From an uncultured Desulfospira sp. (GTDB lineage: Bacteria; Desulfobacterota; Desulfobacteria; Desulfobacterales; Desulfobacteraceae): a stretch of DNA of 64,000 nucleotides. The notes under the pieces were generated by a model, which was not told the origin of the DNA, did not search any database, and saw only the letters and a program-made list of their open reading frames with translations. This document shows, in pieces, positions 1 to 9,528 of the stretch (position 1 is the stretch's first letter; the number at the start of each line of letters is the position of its first letter). A program made the position numbers and the translations under genes. Where the stretch lies: the NCBI GenBank assembly GCA_963663165.1, contig OY760175.1:5984001-6048000 (forward strand). Direction: 5' to 3'.

Positions 1-11
1 AAATTAAATTG

Positions 12-49
12 CCCGGCATAGAAAAGAGCAACCGCTTTTTTATGCCGGG
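12..49. terminator. Stem-loop upstream of dctQ (probable intercistronic hairpin after a dctP gene outside the window)
   Basis: Inverted repeat CCCGGCATA...TATGCCGGG. Confidence 0.5.
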
Positions 50-73
50 TTCAATGATGTCGGGAAAATAAAA

Positions 74-559
74 ATGATAAAGAAAATCATGGACAGCATC
101 TGTGACATTTTTGCAGAGATAAGCGGATGGCTTTTAAGCGCCATAATGGTCCTGCTTATCATTGATTTTGCCGGGCGGGGCCTGTCAATGCCTGTTCAGG
201 GCGTGGGAGAACTGGCCGTGTTTGTGATGGTATCTGTTGTCTATCTTGGCCTTGCCCACGCAGAGAAAAAAAAGGGGCATGTCAGGGTAAACGCCATCAT
301 TTCAAGGTGTCCCCCTGAAGCCGAAAAATGGTTTGATATACTTGTCCATCTCATCAGCCTTGCCACGGTGGTGATCATTGTCTGGGCGGTAAGCCGGAAT
401 GCGTTTGAGGCCTATCTATCGGGAGAGGCGGTGGCCGGCACCGTTCCCCTTCCCGTCTGGCCGGTTAAATTTATCATTGTCATCGGCTGTCTGTTTTACC
501 TGATCCAGGTTGTTTTCAATACCATTGGACTGTTTCAGAAACCAGACACCAAACCTTAA
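74..559 (+). CDS. dctQ: TRAP transporter small permease subunit
   Basis: 161 aa with about 4 TM helices and the GHVRV motif; precedes dctM. Confidence 0.9.
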   Translation: MIKKIMDSICDIFAEISGWLLSAIMVLLIIDFAGRGLSMPVQGVGELAVFVMVSVVYLGLAHAEKKKGHVRVNAIISRCPPEAEKWFDILVHLISLATVVIIVWAVSRNAFEAYLSGEAVAGTVPLPVWPVKFIIVIGCLFYLIQVVFNTIGLFQKPDTKP

Positions 560-610
560 CTCACTCAGTTTTGCCGTATTCATTCGGCTGATTGTTCAAA
601 AGCATAGGAG

Positions 611-1939
611 ATGCCGCTTATGGAACCTGTGACCATTGGGATACTTTCGATCCTCCTCTTGTTCATCATGCTTGCAGCCAGTCTGCCCATTGCCGTCAAT
701 TTTATTTTTGTCGGCTTTATGGCCACGGCACTGATGTTAAGCCTGGACAGCGCCCTGTCATTTTTAGGGCAGACCATGTACTATTCTCTGGCCAGCCCAA
801 GTTTTACGGCCCTGCCTCTTTTTGTCCTCATGGGCGCCTTTGCTTCAAGCGGCGGTTTTGCCAAACGGGTTTATGACGGGGTTCATTCAGCGGCTGCCGG
901 GCTGCCGGGGTCACTGGGAATCACCACCTGTTTCGGTTGTGCCGCCTTCGGGGCGGTATCCGGATCATCCCTGGCAGCATCGGCCATTTTCGGGAAGCTG
1001 GCGCTCCCGGAAATGAAACGCCATAATTATGATAAAAAATTTTCATTGGGAACCATCGCGGCTGCCGGAACCTTCGCGGCCATGATCCCCCCGAGCGCCC
1101 TGTTCATTATCTATGCTATTTTTACGGAACAGTCTGTTGGAAAACTGTTTATCGCCGGTATCATCCCCGGTGGGGTTACAGCCATTGTTTATTCCCTTGC
1201 CATTATCATCCGTGTCCGGTTGAATCCGTCCCTTGCACCTCAAATTATGACGGAAAAACAAATCAGTATTCAGAAAAGACTTTCTTCCCTGGTTCAGATC
1301 TGGCCGGTGGCGGTACTGGCCCTCGTTGTTCTCGGCGGCATCTACAGCGGCATCTTCACCCCCACGGAAGCCGGTGCCGCCGGGGCGTTTGCCACCCTTA
1401 TCTTTGGCATATTTCTAGGAAAACTCAATCAGGTAAAATATATCAAATCCGCCCTGAAGGAGTCGGCACAAACCACATCAATGGTATTTTTTATCATTGT
1501 GGGGGCGCTGTTCTTCACACGGGTGCTGACAGTATCCAGAATTCCTGTTGAACTGACCCAACTGATACTGAGCTGGAACCTGCCCAATTCAGTGGTCCTT
1601 TTTTCCATCCTGCTGTTATGGTTTCTGCTGGGCATGATTATCATCCCCACCGGTATCTGTGCATTGACCCTGCCCATTGTTTATCCCATCATTATCCAGT
1701 TAGGGTATGACCCCATCTGGTTTGGCGTGATTATCCTGAAACTTGTGGAAATTGCTGCCGTGACACCGCCCATCGGCCTGAATGTGTTTACCTTAAAAGG
1801 GGTGGCGGGTGAAGATACAACCCTGGAAGATATTTATCAAGGCATCTGGCCCTTCATTATCTGTGATCTGATTGTCCTCATACTGCTCATCATGTTTCCG
1901 CAGATATCCTTGTTCCTTCCAAACCTGATGATGCAATAA
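611..1939 (+). CDS. dctM: TRAP transporter large permease subunit
   Basis: ALPLFVLMG, FGAVSGSS, MIPPS, FTPTEAGA and TPPIGLN motifs; very hydrophobic. Confidence 0.95.
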   Translation: MPLMEPVTIGILSILLLFIMLAASLPIAVNFIFVGFMATALMLSLDSALSFLGQTMYYSLASPSFTALPLFVLMGAFASSGGFAKRVYDGVHSAAAGLPGSLGITTCFGCAAFGAVSGSSLAASAIFGKLALPEMKRHNYDKKFSLGTIAAAGTFAAMIPPSALFIIYAIFTEQSVGKLFIAGIIPGGVTAIVYSLAIIIRVRLNPSLAPQIMTEKQISIQKRLSSLVQIWPVAVLALVVLGGIYSGIFTPTEAGAAGAFATLIFGIFLGKLNQVKYIKSALKESAQTTSMVFFIIVGALFFTRVLTVSRIPVELTQLILSWNLPNSVVLFSILLLWFLLGMIIIPTGICALTLPIVYPIIIQLGYDPIWFGVIILKLVEIAAVTPPIGLNVFTLKGVAGEDTTLEDIYQGIWPFIICDLIVLILLIMFPQISLFLPNLMMQ

Positions 1940-2010
1940 CCGGTGTTTAATTTGCCTGTATCGGTGGCCCGCTCCAACAACGTGGCCTTTACAACGCAGC
2001 CCTTATGGAT

Positions 2011-2904
2011 TCAATGCGAACTTGCCGGCATCATCCGGGACAATTGGGTCAGGAAATTCCATTCATGGTTCACTTTCTCTTGAACCTGTTCATAATCGGC
2101 ATCGGACAGGTGGCGGAACCGGCCCTGGGGTTTAAAATAATCCTGTACAGGGATGGGGGGCGGGTCCTGGGTGATCCGGTAATCTTCCCCATTATAAACT
2201 TCGTACAGAGGAAACACCCTGGACCGGGTGGCCAGCCTGGAAATTTCAATGGATTTTTCCGACGGGATCTTCCAGCCCGACGGGCAGGCGGACAGGGCAT
2301 GGATGAATGTGGTGCCGCGGGTTTTGGCCGCTGTTTTAACCTTTTTGATAAAATCATCCAGATAGGCAATATTGGCGGTGGCACAATAGGGGATTTTGTG
2401 GCCTGCCATGATCCGGATGATATCTTTTTTGTTGCTGGATTTGGGCCCTGTTACCGGCGTGGTGGTGGTCCAGGCTTTTTCCGGGGTGGCTGAAGAACGC
2501 TGAACACCGGTGTTCATGTAAGCTTCGTTGTCATAGCAGATGTAAATGATGTCTTCGTTTCGTTCTGCTGCACCGGACAGGGACTGGATGCCGATATCAA
2601 AGGTGCCGCCGTCACCGGCAAAGGCCAGGACTTTGGTGTCCTGCTTTCCTTGAAGATCAAGCCCTGCCCGGACCCCTGAGGCGGCGGCCCCGGTGGTGGC
2701 AAAGGCGGTGTGAAGCAAGGGAACATTCAGGTTGGAATAGGGAAACGGACCCGGGATAATGGCCCAGCAGCAAGCCGGGATGACCACGACGATGTCGGGG
2801 CCGATGGCCGCTAAGGCATGTTTCATTATAATCGTTCCGGCGCACCCCTGGCAGGCCAGGTGGCCGGGCATCATTAGTTCATCGTGGGCAAATTCGAATG
2901 TCAT
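2011..2904 (-). CDS. 2-oxoacid:acceptor oxidoreductase, beta (TPP-binding) subunit, PorB family
   Basis: GHLACQGC, GDGGTFDIG, DNEAYMNTG and CPSGW motifs; ATGA overlap with alpha subunit. Confidence 0.92.
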   Translation of the reverse strand: MTFEFAHDELMMPGHLACQGCAGTIIMKHALAAIGPDIVVVIPACCWAIIPGPFPYSNLNVPLLHTAFATTGAAASGVRAGLDLQGKQDTKVLAFAGDGGTFDIGIQSLSGAAERNEDIIYICYDNEAYMNTGVQRSSATPEKAWTTTTPVTGPKSSNKKDIIRIMAGHKIPYCATANIAYLDDFIKKVKTAAKTRGTTFIHALSACPSGWKIPSEKSIEISRLATRSRVFPLYEVYNGEDYRITQDPPPIPVQDYFKPQGRFRHLSDADYEQVQEKVNHEWNFLTQLSRMMPASSH

Positions 2905-4055
2905 GGTTTTAATCCTTTCCAGATGGACTGTCCGTCGGACTGATCCTGACTTAAGGTTTGCTTAACCATTTCCATGATATGGTCCGGGGTGATGCTCCGG
3001 CCGCCAAGACCGGCAATATAGGAAAATATCTGGGGACCATCCGGCTGATGGGCCAGGGCCCCTTTGAGTTCATCGGCAAAGATGCCGCCTTTTCCCCAGG
3101 AGCAGTTCCGGTCGATCACCAGAACCTTTTTGCAGGATTTAAGGGCCGTTTGAACGGCGTTTACCGGAAAGGGCCTGAAGGCGCGCATTTTTAATAATCC
3201 GGCTTTGATTCCTTTGCCTCTCAGTTCTTCTAAAACCAGCCGGGCCGGGCTTGTAATGGTGCTGGACGTGACCATGACCAGATCGGCGTCATCGCACTGG
3301 ACCGCCTCCACAAGCCCGTAATGCCTGCCAAACATCTCTCCAAACTGCTGCCCGGTCTCTTCAATCACATCAATGGCCTTGATATGGGCCTGGTTGAAGT
3401 GGTACCGGATCTCCATAAAATTGTCGGGCATGACCAGGGGATAAAAGGTCTTGGGCGCATCCGGGGTAAGGTAAACTTCAGGGGTGTAGGCGGGTAAAAA
3501 ATCATCCACAGTTTCCTGGGACGGGATATCCACGGGCTCATAAGTGTGGCTTAAGAAAAAAGCATCATAGCAGATCATGACCGGCAGATTGACCTGCTCG
3601 GCGATCCGGTATGCCTGGATAACGGAATCCAGTACCTCCTGGTTGTCTTCCACATAGATCTGGATCCATCCGGTATCCCGCTGGGCCAGGGAATCTCCCT
3701 GGTCAGCCCAGATGTTCCACCCGGGCGCCAGGGCCCGGTTAACGTTGACCATGACGATGGGCAGTCGGGCCCCGGCGGCCCAGTGAAGCATTTCGTGCAT
3801 CAGGGCAAGTCCGTTGGAGGAGCTTGCCGTAAAAGAGCGGACCCCTGTGGCCTGGGCCGCGATCACCGAAGCCATGGCCGAGTGTTCGGATTCCACTTTC
3901 AGGAATTTGGCATCCATGCTGCCGTTGGAACACATCTCGGATAATTCCTCTACAATATGGGTCTGGGGGGTAATGGGGTAGGCCGCGATCATCTTTACCC
4001 TTGAAAGCTGGACTCCCCAGCTGGCCGCATGGTTTCCCATCAGCACTTTTTTCAT
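2901..4055 (-). CDS. 2-oxoacid:acceptor oxidoreductase, alpha subunit, PorA family
   Basis: AYPITPQT, VESEHSA and SSNGLALMHE motifs; start set at MKKVLMGN (4055), overlapping the upstream stop. Confidence 0.92.
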   Translation of the reverse strand: MKKVLMGNHAASWGVQLSRVKMIAAYPITPQTHIVEELSEMCSNGSMDAKFLKVESEHSAMASVIAAQATGVRSFTASSSNGLALMHEMLHWAAGARLPIVMVNVNRALAPGWNIWADQGDSLAQRDTGWIQIYVEDNQEVLDSVIQAYRIAEQVNLPVMICYDAFFLSHTYEPVDIPSQETVDDFLPAYTPEVYLTPDAPKTFYPLVMPDNFMEIRYHFNQAHIKAIDVIEETGQQFGEMFGRHYGLVEAVQCDDADLVMVTSSTITSPARLVLEELRGKGIKAGLLKMRAFRPFPVNAVQTALKSCKKVLVIDRNCSWGKGGIFADELKGALAHQPDGPQIFSYIAGLGGRSITPDHIMEMVKQTLSQDQSDGQSIWKGLKP

Positions 4056-5812
4056 ATGTCCTCCTCCATGGTCATGGCGGATCTGGGGCATTCATTAACG
4101 CAGATTCCGCATCCCTTGCAGTAATCCAGGTCAATGTCATACCCGGTGCCGTCCAGGCGTTTGATGACCGACAAATCCGGGCAAAAGGCAAGGCAGTTGT
4201 CACACTGGGTACACACCCCGCAATGAAAGCAGCGGTCCGCTTCTGAAAGGGCCGCATCTTCTGCAAGGGCGCTGGCCACTTCGTCAAACCCGGCAAGGCG
4301 CTGCTGAACCGGCAGTTTGTTTTTTTTGATCCGGTCCTGCCGGGTAAAATAGGCTGTATTGATGTCCTTAAATTCAGGCACCTGTTTGGAGACCCGCCGG
4401 GATTCGGTATGGGTTTTGGCCATGATGTATTTGGATGCTGAGATCCGGTCTGTGTTGCCAATGCCGATCCAGTCTTTGATGGACCGGATATCCAGGCTTT
4501 CAAAATCCGCATCAATGGTGCAGGCTGCGGCCTTTCCCGACCCGATGGCCTCGGCGATATTGTGGTCTTCCAGGGCGGCATCGCCCCCGGCATACACATT
4601 TTTAAGGGCTGTTGCCCCAAAGCCGTCAATAAGGACTTTTTTGTGGCCCCCGGAAAGTTCCTGGGGGACCAGGTCAAGGTCAAGGGTTTCCCCCACGGCC
4701 GTGATCACGGTATCGGCGTCAACCAGAAATTCAGATCCATCTACGGGAACAGGACGCCTTCGGCCGGATTCGTCCGGATCTCCCAGCCGGGTCCGGATAA
4801 ACCGGACCTGTGTGACCCTGCCGTCTTCCACCACCAGATCAAGAGGTTTGGCCAGGAATTCAAAGAGAACCCCTTCGGTTTTGGCATCTTCAATTTCCTC
4901 CTCAAAGGCCGGCATTTCCGTCTGGGTCCGGTGGTAATAAACGGTGACCGTACCGCCTGACCTCAGTGCGGTTCGGGCCGCGTCAATGGCAGAGTTGCCG
5001 CCGCCGATAACGACGGTTTTGCCGGGGTTGGCCTTAATTTTTCCCCGGGCCGCAAGGGTCAGAAAGTCCAGAGAGCCATAAAGGCCCAAGGCCTTTGGCT
5101 GATCCCCAAACAGGTTACGCTCCTTGTGGCAGCCCACACCCACAAAAACGGCGTCAAATTTTTCCAGGGCCTGCCAGGGCAGGTCTTTGCCAATGGTAGT
5201 GCTGCATTGAATTTCAACGCCTAAGCTCAGGATATCGTTAATCTCCAGATCAAGGATGTCTTTTGGCAGGCGGTAGGCGGGGATGCCGTATCGTAAGATC
5301 CCGCCGGGCCGGTCATCCTTTTCATAAATGGTGACGCTGTGGCCGAATCTTGCCAGATGCCAGGCACAGGACAGGCCGGCAGGGCCCGAGCCCACCACCG
5401 CGATGGTTCTGCCGGACGGGGAAAAGACCGGTTCGGCCCGGTATCCGTCCCGCCCTTTATCTGAAACAAACCGTTCCAGGGAATTGATGGAAAGGCCCTG
5501 GTCAAAATACTGTCGGTTGCAGGCCTTTTCACAGGGGTGAAAGCAGACCCTTCCGCAGACGGCGCTTAACGGGTTTTCCTGTTTGATCAGGTTCAGGGCG
5601 GCGGTATAGTTTTTTTCCCGGGCAAGCTTGATAAATCCTTCGACATTGCTTCCTGCAGGACAGCCGTTGTTGCAGGGCGGGGTCATCTGCCGGTATACCG
5701 GCCGCAGGTAGCGCCATGACCCGGTTTTGTTCCAGAGCATGCTCCCTTTGGCGATGACAAAGGCAGGGACTTCATCAAGGGTTTGATAAACTATGGGGTT
5801 TCGATGGGGCAT
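4052..5812 (-). CDS. GltD/DsrL-like FAD/NAD(P)-binding Fe-S oxidoreductase with PorD-like N- and C-termini
   Basis: TGSWRYLRPVY; PPCNNGCP and CGRVCFHPCEKAC Fe-S motifs; GSGPAG and GGGNSA dinucleotide motifs; C-terminal CFHCGVCTQCDNC and YCKGCGICVNECP ferredoxin motifs. Confidence 0.85.
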   Translation of the reverse strand: MPHRNPIVYQTLDEVPAFVIAKGSMLWNKTGSWRYLRPVYRQMTPPCNNGCPAGSNVEGFIKLAREKNYTAALNLIKQENPLSAVCGRVCFHPCEKACNRQYFDQGLSINSLERFVSDKGRDGYRAEPVFSPSGRTIAVVGSGPAGLSCAWHLARFGHSVTIYEKDDRPGGILRYGIPAYRLPKDILDLEINDILSLGVEIQCSTTIGKDLPWQALEKFDAVFVGVGCHKERNLFGDQPKALGLYGSLDFLTLAARGKIKANPGKTVVIGGGNSAIDAARTALRSGGTVTVYYHRTQTEMPAFEEEIEDAKTEGVLFEFLAKPLDLVVEDGRVTQVRFIRTRLGDPDESGRRRPVPVDGSEFLVDADTVITAVGETLDLDLVPQELSGGHKKVLIDGFGATALKNVYAGGDAALEDHNIAEAIGSGKAAACTIDADFESLDIRSIKDWIGIGNTDRISASKYIMAKTHTESRRVSKQVPEFKDINTAYFTRQDRIKKNKLPVQQRLAGFDEVASALAEDAALSEADRCFHCGVCTQCDNCLAFCPDLSVIKRLDGTGYDIDLDYCKGCGICVNECPRSAMTMEEDI

Positions 5813-5824
5813 GATCTGCCTCCT

Positions 5825-5880
5825 TTGGCTGTTAGCAGTTAGCTTTTAGCTGTTGGCTTGTTGGCTTTTAGCGGTTAGCT
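5825..5880. repeat. Degenerate heptamer tandem repeat (TTAGC-NN type)
   Basis: ttggctg ttagcag ttagctt ttagctg ...; includes the stop codon of the gamma subunit gene. Confidence 0.7.
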
Positions 5881-6426
5881 GAAAATGACAGCGTCAAAGG
5901 CCATTTTCGCGGCAGCACTGTTTTTTTCGGGCTTGATGGGAACTTCTTTTTCCACGGCCCGGCAGACAGCGTCAATCCCCACCAGGCCCGAACTTTTCGC
6001 AAAAGCGCCGCAAATGGCCGTATTGACAATGGGGGCGGTCAAAGAACCTAACCCATGGTCAGCGGCAATCTTAGAGGCGTCCACACAATGAACCCGATAC
6101 CCGTCGGGCAGGTTCAGCTCACGGGGCGTTAAGGACGTGTTGATCAGGATAGAGCCGTTTTCTTTAAGGCCCAGTGTAAAATCAATTACCTCAATCAAAG
6201 ACGGGTCAAGGACCACCACAAAATCAGGGGCGGTGACTTCACTTCTAATGAGAATCTTGTCCGCTGCGATTCGCAAGAATGCCTCGACCGGCGCCCCTCT
6301 TCGTTCAACGCCGAATTTTGGAAAAGATTGAACCCAGTTGCCTTCTTCAAACGCGGCTACGGCCAGAATTTTTGATGCGATAACCGAACCCTGCCCGCCG
6401 CGGCCGTGCAATCGGATCTCTTTCAT
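5875..6426 (-). CDS. 2-oxoacid:acceptor oxidoreductase, gamma subunit
   Basis: EIRLHGRGGQG, FGVERRGAPV and IVNT motifs; GGAGG RBS. Confidence 0.92.
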   Translation of the reverse strand: MKEIRLHGRGGQGSVIASKILAVAAFEEGNWVQSFPKFGVERRGAPVEAFLRIAADKILIRSEVTAPDFVVVLDPSLIEVIDFTLGLKENGSILINTSLTPRELNLPDGYRVHCVDASKIAADHGLGSLTAPIVNTAICGAFAKSSGLVGIDAVCRAVEKEVPIKPEKNSAAAKMAFDAVIFS

Positions 6427-6519
6427 AGCAGATACCCTCCTTTATAGAAAGGTTAAGTATTTCTATACTCTGTTTGACGAGAGTGAAAAAGTCAAGGGTT
6501 TTTTATATTCATTTTTGGG

Positions 6520-6548
6520 TTGACATTGGCGTTTAGTAGGTATACACT
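6520..6548 (+). promoter_or_regulatory. Sigma70-type promoter of the marR-family gene with overlapping operator
   Basis: TTGACA-N17-TACACT; overlaps the box GCGTTTA-N5-TATACACT (6529-6548). Confidence 0.7.
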
Positions 6549-6558
6549 ATGACCCATT

Positions 6559-7020
6559 ATGGATAAAGTAAAGTTGCTTATACTCAAAAAATTTCGTTCC
6601 ATCATGGATCTGGCCATGGAATTGGAACAAACCCCCCAGAAATTCGGGACCCAGGAGCTGCTCTCCCAAACCGAGATTCATCTGATCGAAATCATCGGTG
6701 ATATCGAAGGGCTCAGTGTGACGGATATCAGCAAGTATCTGGGCATTACCAAGGGGGCGGTTTCCCAGAGTTTAAAGCGGCTTGAAACCAAGGGATTTAC
6801 ATTAAAAGAGACAGATCCACAGAATTTATCCAGAGCCATTGTGATGCTGACCGCCAAGGGCCAGACCGCATACTGGGCCCATAAACACTGGCATGAAACC
6901 ATGGACGGCGGATTTATCGGATACCTGGAAAACCTGGATGACGCATCCTTAAAAATTATTATTGAGTTCATGGAAAGAAGCGAGACGTTTTTAAGCGTGA
7001 TGCTTAAATCAAGAATATAA
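6559..7020 (+). CDS. MarR family transcriptional regulator
   Basis: Winged HTH: SVTDISKYLGITKGAVSQSLKRLETKG...LTAKG. Confidence 0.9.
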   Translation: MDKVKLLILKKFRSIMDLAMELEQTPQKFGTQELLSQTEIHLIEIIGDIEGLSVTDISKYLGITKGAVSQSLKRLETKGFTLKETDPQNLSRAIVMLTAKGQTAYWAHKHWHETMDGGFIGYLENLDDASLKIIIEFMERSETFLSVMLKSRI

Positions 7021-7034
7021 AAAATTTTATTAAA

Positions 7035-7054
7035 AGTGTATAGTGCATAAACGC
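7035..7054 (-). promoter_or_regulatory. Second copy of putative MarR operator, upstream of the methyltransferase gene
   Basis: Reverse complement is GCGTTTA-tgcac-TATACACT; both arms are identical to those at 6529-6548. Confidence 0.65.
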
Positions 7055-7077
7055 AATCCTGACAGGAGAATAAAAAA

Positions 7078-7647
7078 ATGAGCCATAAACCATACAGCAA
7101 AGATGTGTGCCCCCCTTCCCATTCATTTGCCCTGGATAATATTATCCGGCGCTGGTTCCAGAACCCGGGTAAAATAGTGGGAGAGTACATCCGTCCCGGG
7201 GACACGGTCATCGACTTAGGGTGCGGTCCTGGATTTTTCACCATGGACATGGCCAGGATGGTTGAGGATTCAGGCATGGTATATTCGGTGGACCTTCAAA
7301 CACAGATGCTGGAGAAAGTAAAGAAAAAAGCCCATAAGCTGGGCCTGGCAGACCGGATCCGGTTCCACGAATGTGCCGAAGATACCATTGGGCTGGACCC
7401 GGATGTCAAAGCCGACTTTATCCTGGCCTATTACATGGTTCATGAGGTGCCGGACCCGGTGTCCTTTCTTGGGGAGGTCAAACAGCTGTTAAAAGCAGGG
7501 GGCCGGTTTCTTCTGGTGGAGCCCGTGTTTCATGTGAGCCGGGCCGCCTTTGAAGCCCTTGAGCAGACCGTCCGGACCCTTGGTTTTTCCGTACAGGAGA
7601 CCCCCGCCAAAAAGGGAGGCCGCTGCCTGCTGTTGTCTGCCGGTTAA
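7078..7647 (+). CDS. Class I SAM-dependent methyltransferase
   Basis: VIDLGCGPG motif I, HEVPD, LKAGG. Confidence 0.88.
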   Translation: MSHKPYSKDVCPPSHSFALDNIIRRWFQNPGKIVGEYIRPGDTVIDLGCGPGFFTMDMARMVEDSGMVYSVDLQTQMLEKVKKKAHKLGLADRIRFHECAEDTIGLDPDVKADFILAYYMVHEVPDPVSFLGEVKQLLKAGGRFLLVEPVFHVSRAAFEALEQTVRTLGFSVQETPAKKGGRCLLLSAG

Positions 7648-8303
7648 TCCATATATTCCCCCATGAGCAGCCGGTTTTTGGGGGTGATGGTTCCGGGAAT
7701 TTTCTGGGTAAAAATCCGGTATCCGTTTTGCCGGAGCCGGAAGGCCCGGACCGCATCCACGGCAAGGGATGTGCCCATCCAGCCGTCAAGGGACCCGGTA
7801 TCTGACCTGGCGGCATCATGGCAGCAGGGCATGACCGCCACCCTTGCCCGGCCCTTTACGGCCTTGTCAATTACCAGGTCGGTAAGGTCACCGCAGGCAT
7901 GGGCGGAGACCACCAGATCTTCCGGAAAAATTTCAATCTCCTGAAGGGGCTGTTCCAGGTAATGGACCCGGTGTTTCAGCCGGGGCCAGGTGTCGGTCAG
8001 CATTTCAGACAGTGCTGCGGCATTGGAAGGGATGTGGCGGTCAACGGCAAGGGCGGTCTGGGAAGAATCGTCCAGGATCAGCAGAATATGGGCCAGAAGC
8101 CCGTGGCCGCAGGCCAGGTCCAGGACTCGGCCGCCCCGGAATTTTCGCCTTACCCGCCGGGCCAGTTCCCAGGATTCGTACAGTTCTTTTCTGGGCAGGG
8201 TCCCGGCCCGGCACACGGCCCGGGCAATTTTATGGAACAGGCTGTTGCCAGGAAACAGGTCCTGCTGCCCGGGAGTCAGCCGGTTTTTGGATGATTTTTT
8301 CAA
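7644..8303 (-). CDS. Methyltransferase domain protein
   Basis: VLDLACGHG, HACGDLTD, PCCH and ITPKNRL motifs; TTG start. Confidence 0.8.
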   Translation of the reverse strand: MKKSSKNRLTPGQQDLFPGNSLFHKIARAVCRAGTLPRKELYESWELARRVRRKFRGGRVLDLACGHGLLAHILLILDDSSQTALAVDRHIPSNAAALSEMLTDTWPRLKHRVHYLEQPLQEIEIFPEDLVVSAHACGDLTDLVIDKAVKGRARVAVMPCCHDAARSDTGSLDGWMGTSLAVDAVRAFRLRQNGYRIFTQKIPGTITPKNRLLMGEYMD

Positions 8304-8321
8304 GAAACCAGGGGCGGGATT

Positions 8322-9302
8322 CTAAGATCCAAAGATGATTTTCCGGATGACATGGGCCAGTTTCAAGGGGTCATGCCGGATGATGAAGCCGTTTTCATCT
8401 AAAAGGTCTGAGATCAGAACGTTCCGGCCTTCCCAGCAGGGGTCTGTTTCATCCACCTGGACAAAATCGGATTTTTGTTCATGGTAGATGGAAAGGACAT
8501 TGGGGCCGGGTTTGTTGTTATTGCCGATGACCCCGTCCACCTGCCGGTCTAAGCGGTCTTCAAGCCCGGAAACAAAATCCTTGCCTGAAAAGTTATGGGT
8601 TTCACCGAATTTGGTCATGATGTTGATGATGTAATAAATCTTTGCGCGGGTCAGGCGGAGGGCTTCTTTGACCCCGGGAACCAGTAGGTTGGGGATAATG
8701 CTGGTAAACAGGTCGCCGGGGCCGATGAAAATATAATCGGCATTTTCGATGGCGTCCAGGACCGGGGGGAAAACGGAAATGGTGTCATGGTGGTGGGGAA
8801 CCAGAAAGACATCTTTTATCTGTTCTCTCTGGGTGCCCCGGGGAAGATCGATGGCCTCTTCTCCGTAAATCCGGCTGCCGTCGGTCAGTTCGGCCACAAG
8901 GGTGGCCCGGTCAATGGTGACCGGCAGGATGGTGCCCTCCACTTCAAGGATTTCCGCAAGGGCGGCCACCCCGGTGGGAAAATTTCCCGTGTACCTGGAC
9001 AGCATGGTCAAGAGCATGTTCCCGGCGGTATGTCCGGCCAGACGCCGGTCTTTCTTAAACCGTTTGAGCAAAATAGAGCGGCAGGCCTGCTGATAAGGGG
9101 ACAGGGCCAGGATACATTTTAGAATATCCCCGGGCGGCAGGATCCCGAGTTCATCCCTGAGCCGACCAGTGCTGCCCCCGGAGTCCACCATGGACACCAC
9201 GGCCGTGGTATGGGTGTCTTCCAAATCCCTTAATCCTGACAGCAGCACAAACTGGCCGCTGCCTCCGCCAATCGTAACGATCTGTTTATTTTGTTCTTTC
9301 AT
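8322..9302 (-). CDS. YvcK/GlmR (gluconeogenesis factor, CofD-like) family protein
   Basis: IGGGSG, DSGGSTGRLR, GPGDLFTSI and RHDP motifs. Confidence 0.9.
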   Translation of the reverse strand: MKEQNKQIVTIGGGSGQFVLLSGLRDLEDTHTTAVVSMVDSGGSTGRLRDELGILPPGDILKCILALSPYQQACRSILLKRFKKDRRLAGHTAGNMLLTMLSRYTGNFPTGVAALAEILEVEGTILPVTIDRATLVAELTDGSRIYGEEAIDLPRGTQREQIKDVFLVPHHHDTISVFPPVLDAIENADYIFIGPGDLFTSIIPNLLVPGVKEALRLTRAKIYYIINIMTKFGETHNFSGKDFVSGLEDRLDRQVDGVIGNNNKPGPNVLSIYHEQKSDFVQVDETDPCWEGRNVLISDLLDENGFIIRHDPLKLAHVIRKIIFGS

Positions 9303-9374
9303 GAAGAATCCTGTATTGGGTATAAACCGGCTTACCGGATAAGCCTATATCAGATCAGAAGGCAAATGTAACCT

Positions 9375-9423
9375 AAAAAAACCGCCCGGCCCGGGAAAAA
9401 TCCCGGGCCGGGCAGTTTTTTTT
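9375..9423. terminator. Rho-independent terminator downstream of ackA
   Basis: GC-rich stem GCCCGGCCCGGGA/TCCCGGGCCGGGC flanked by A and T runs. Confidence 0.8.
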
Positions 9424-9528
9424 AGGTGATTAGGCTGAAGGCTGAAGACGGTTAGGTTGAAAGGAAGGCAGACCAATTAATGGCGCTTCCTTTTGCCCTT
9501 CAGCCTAAACTCCTCCAGCCTAAATCCC

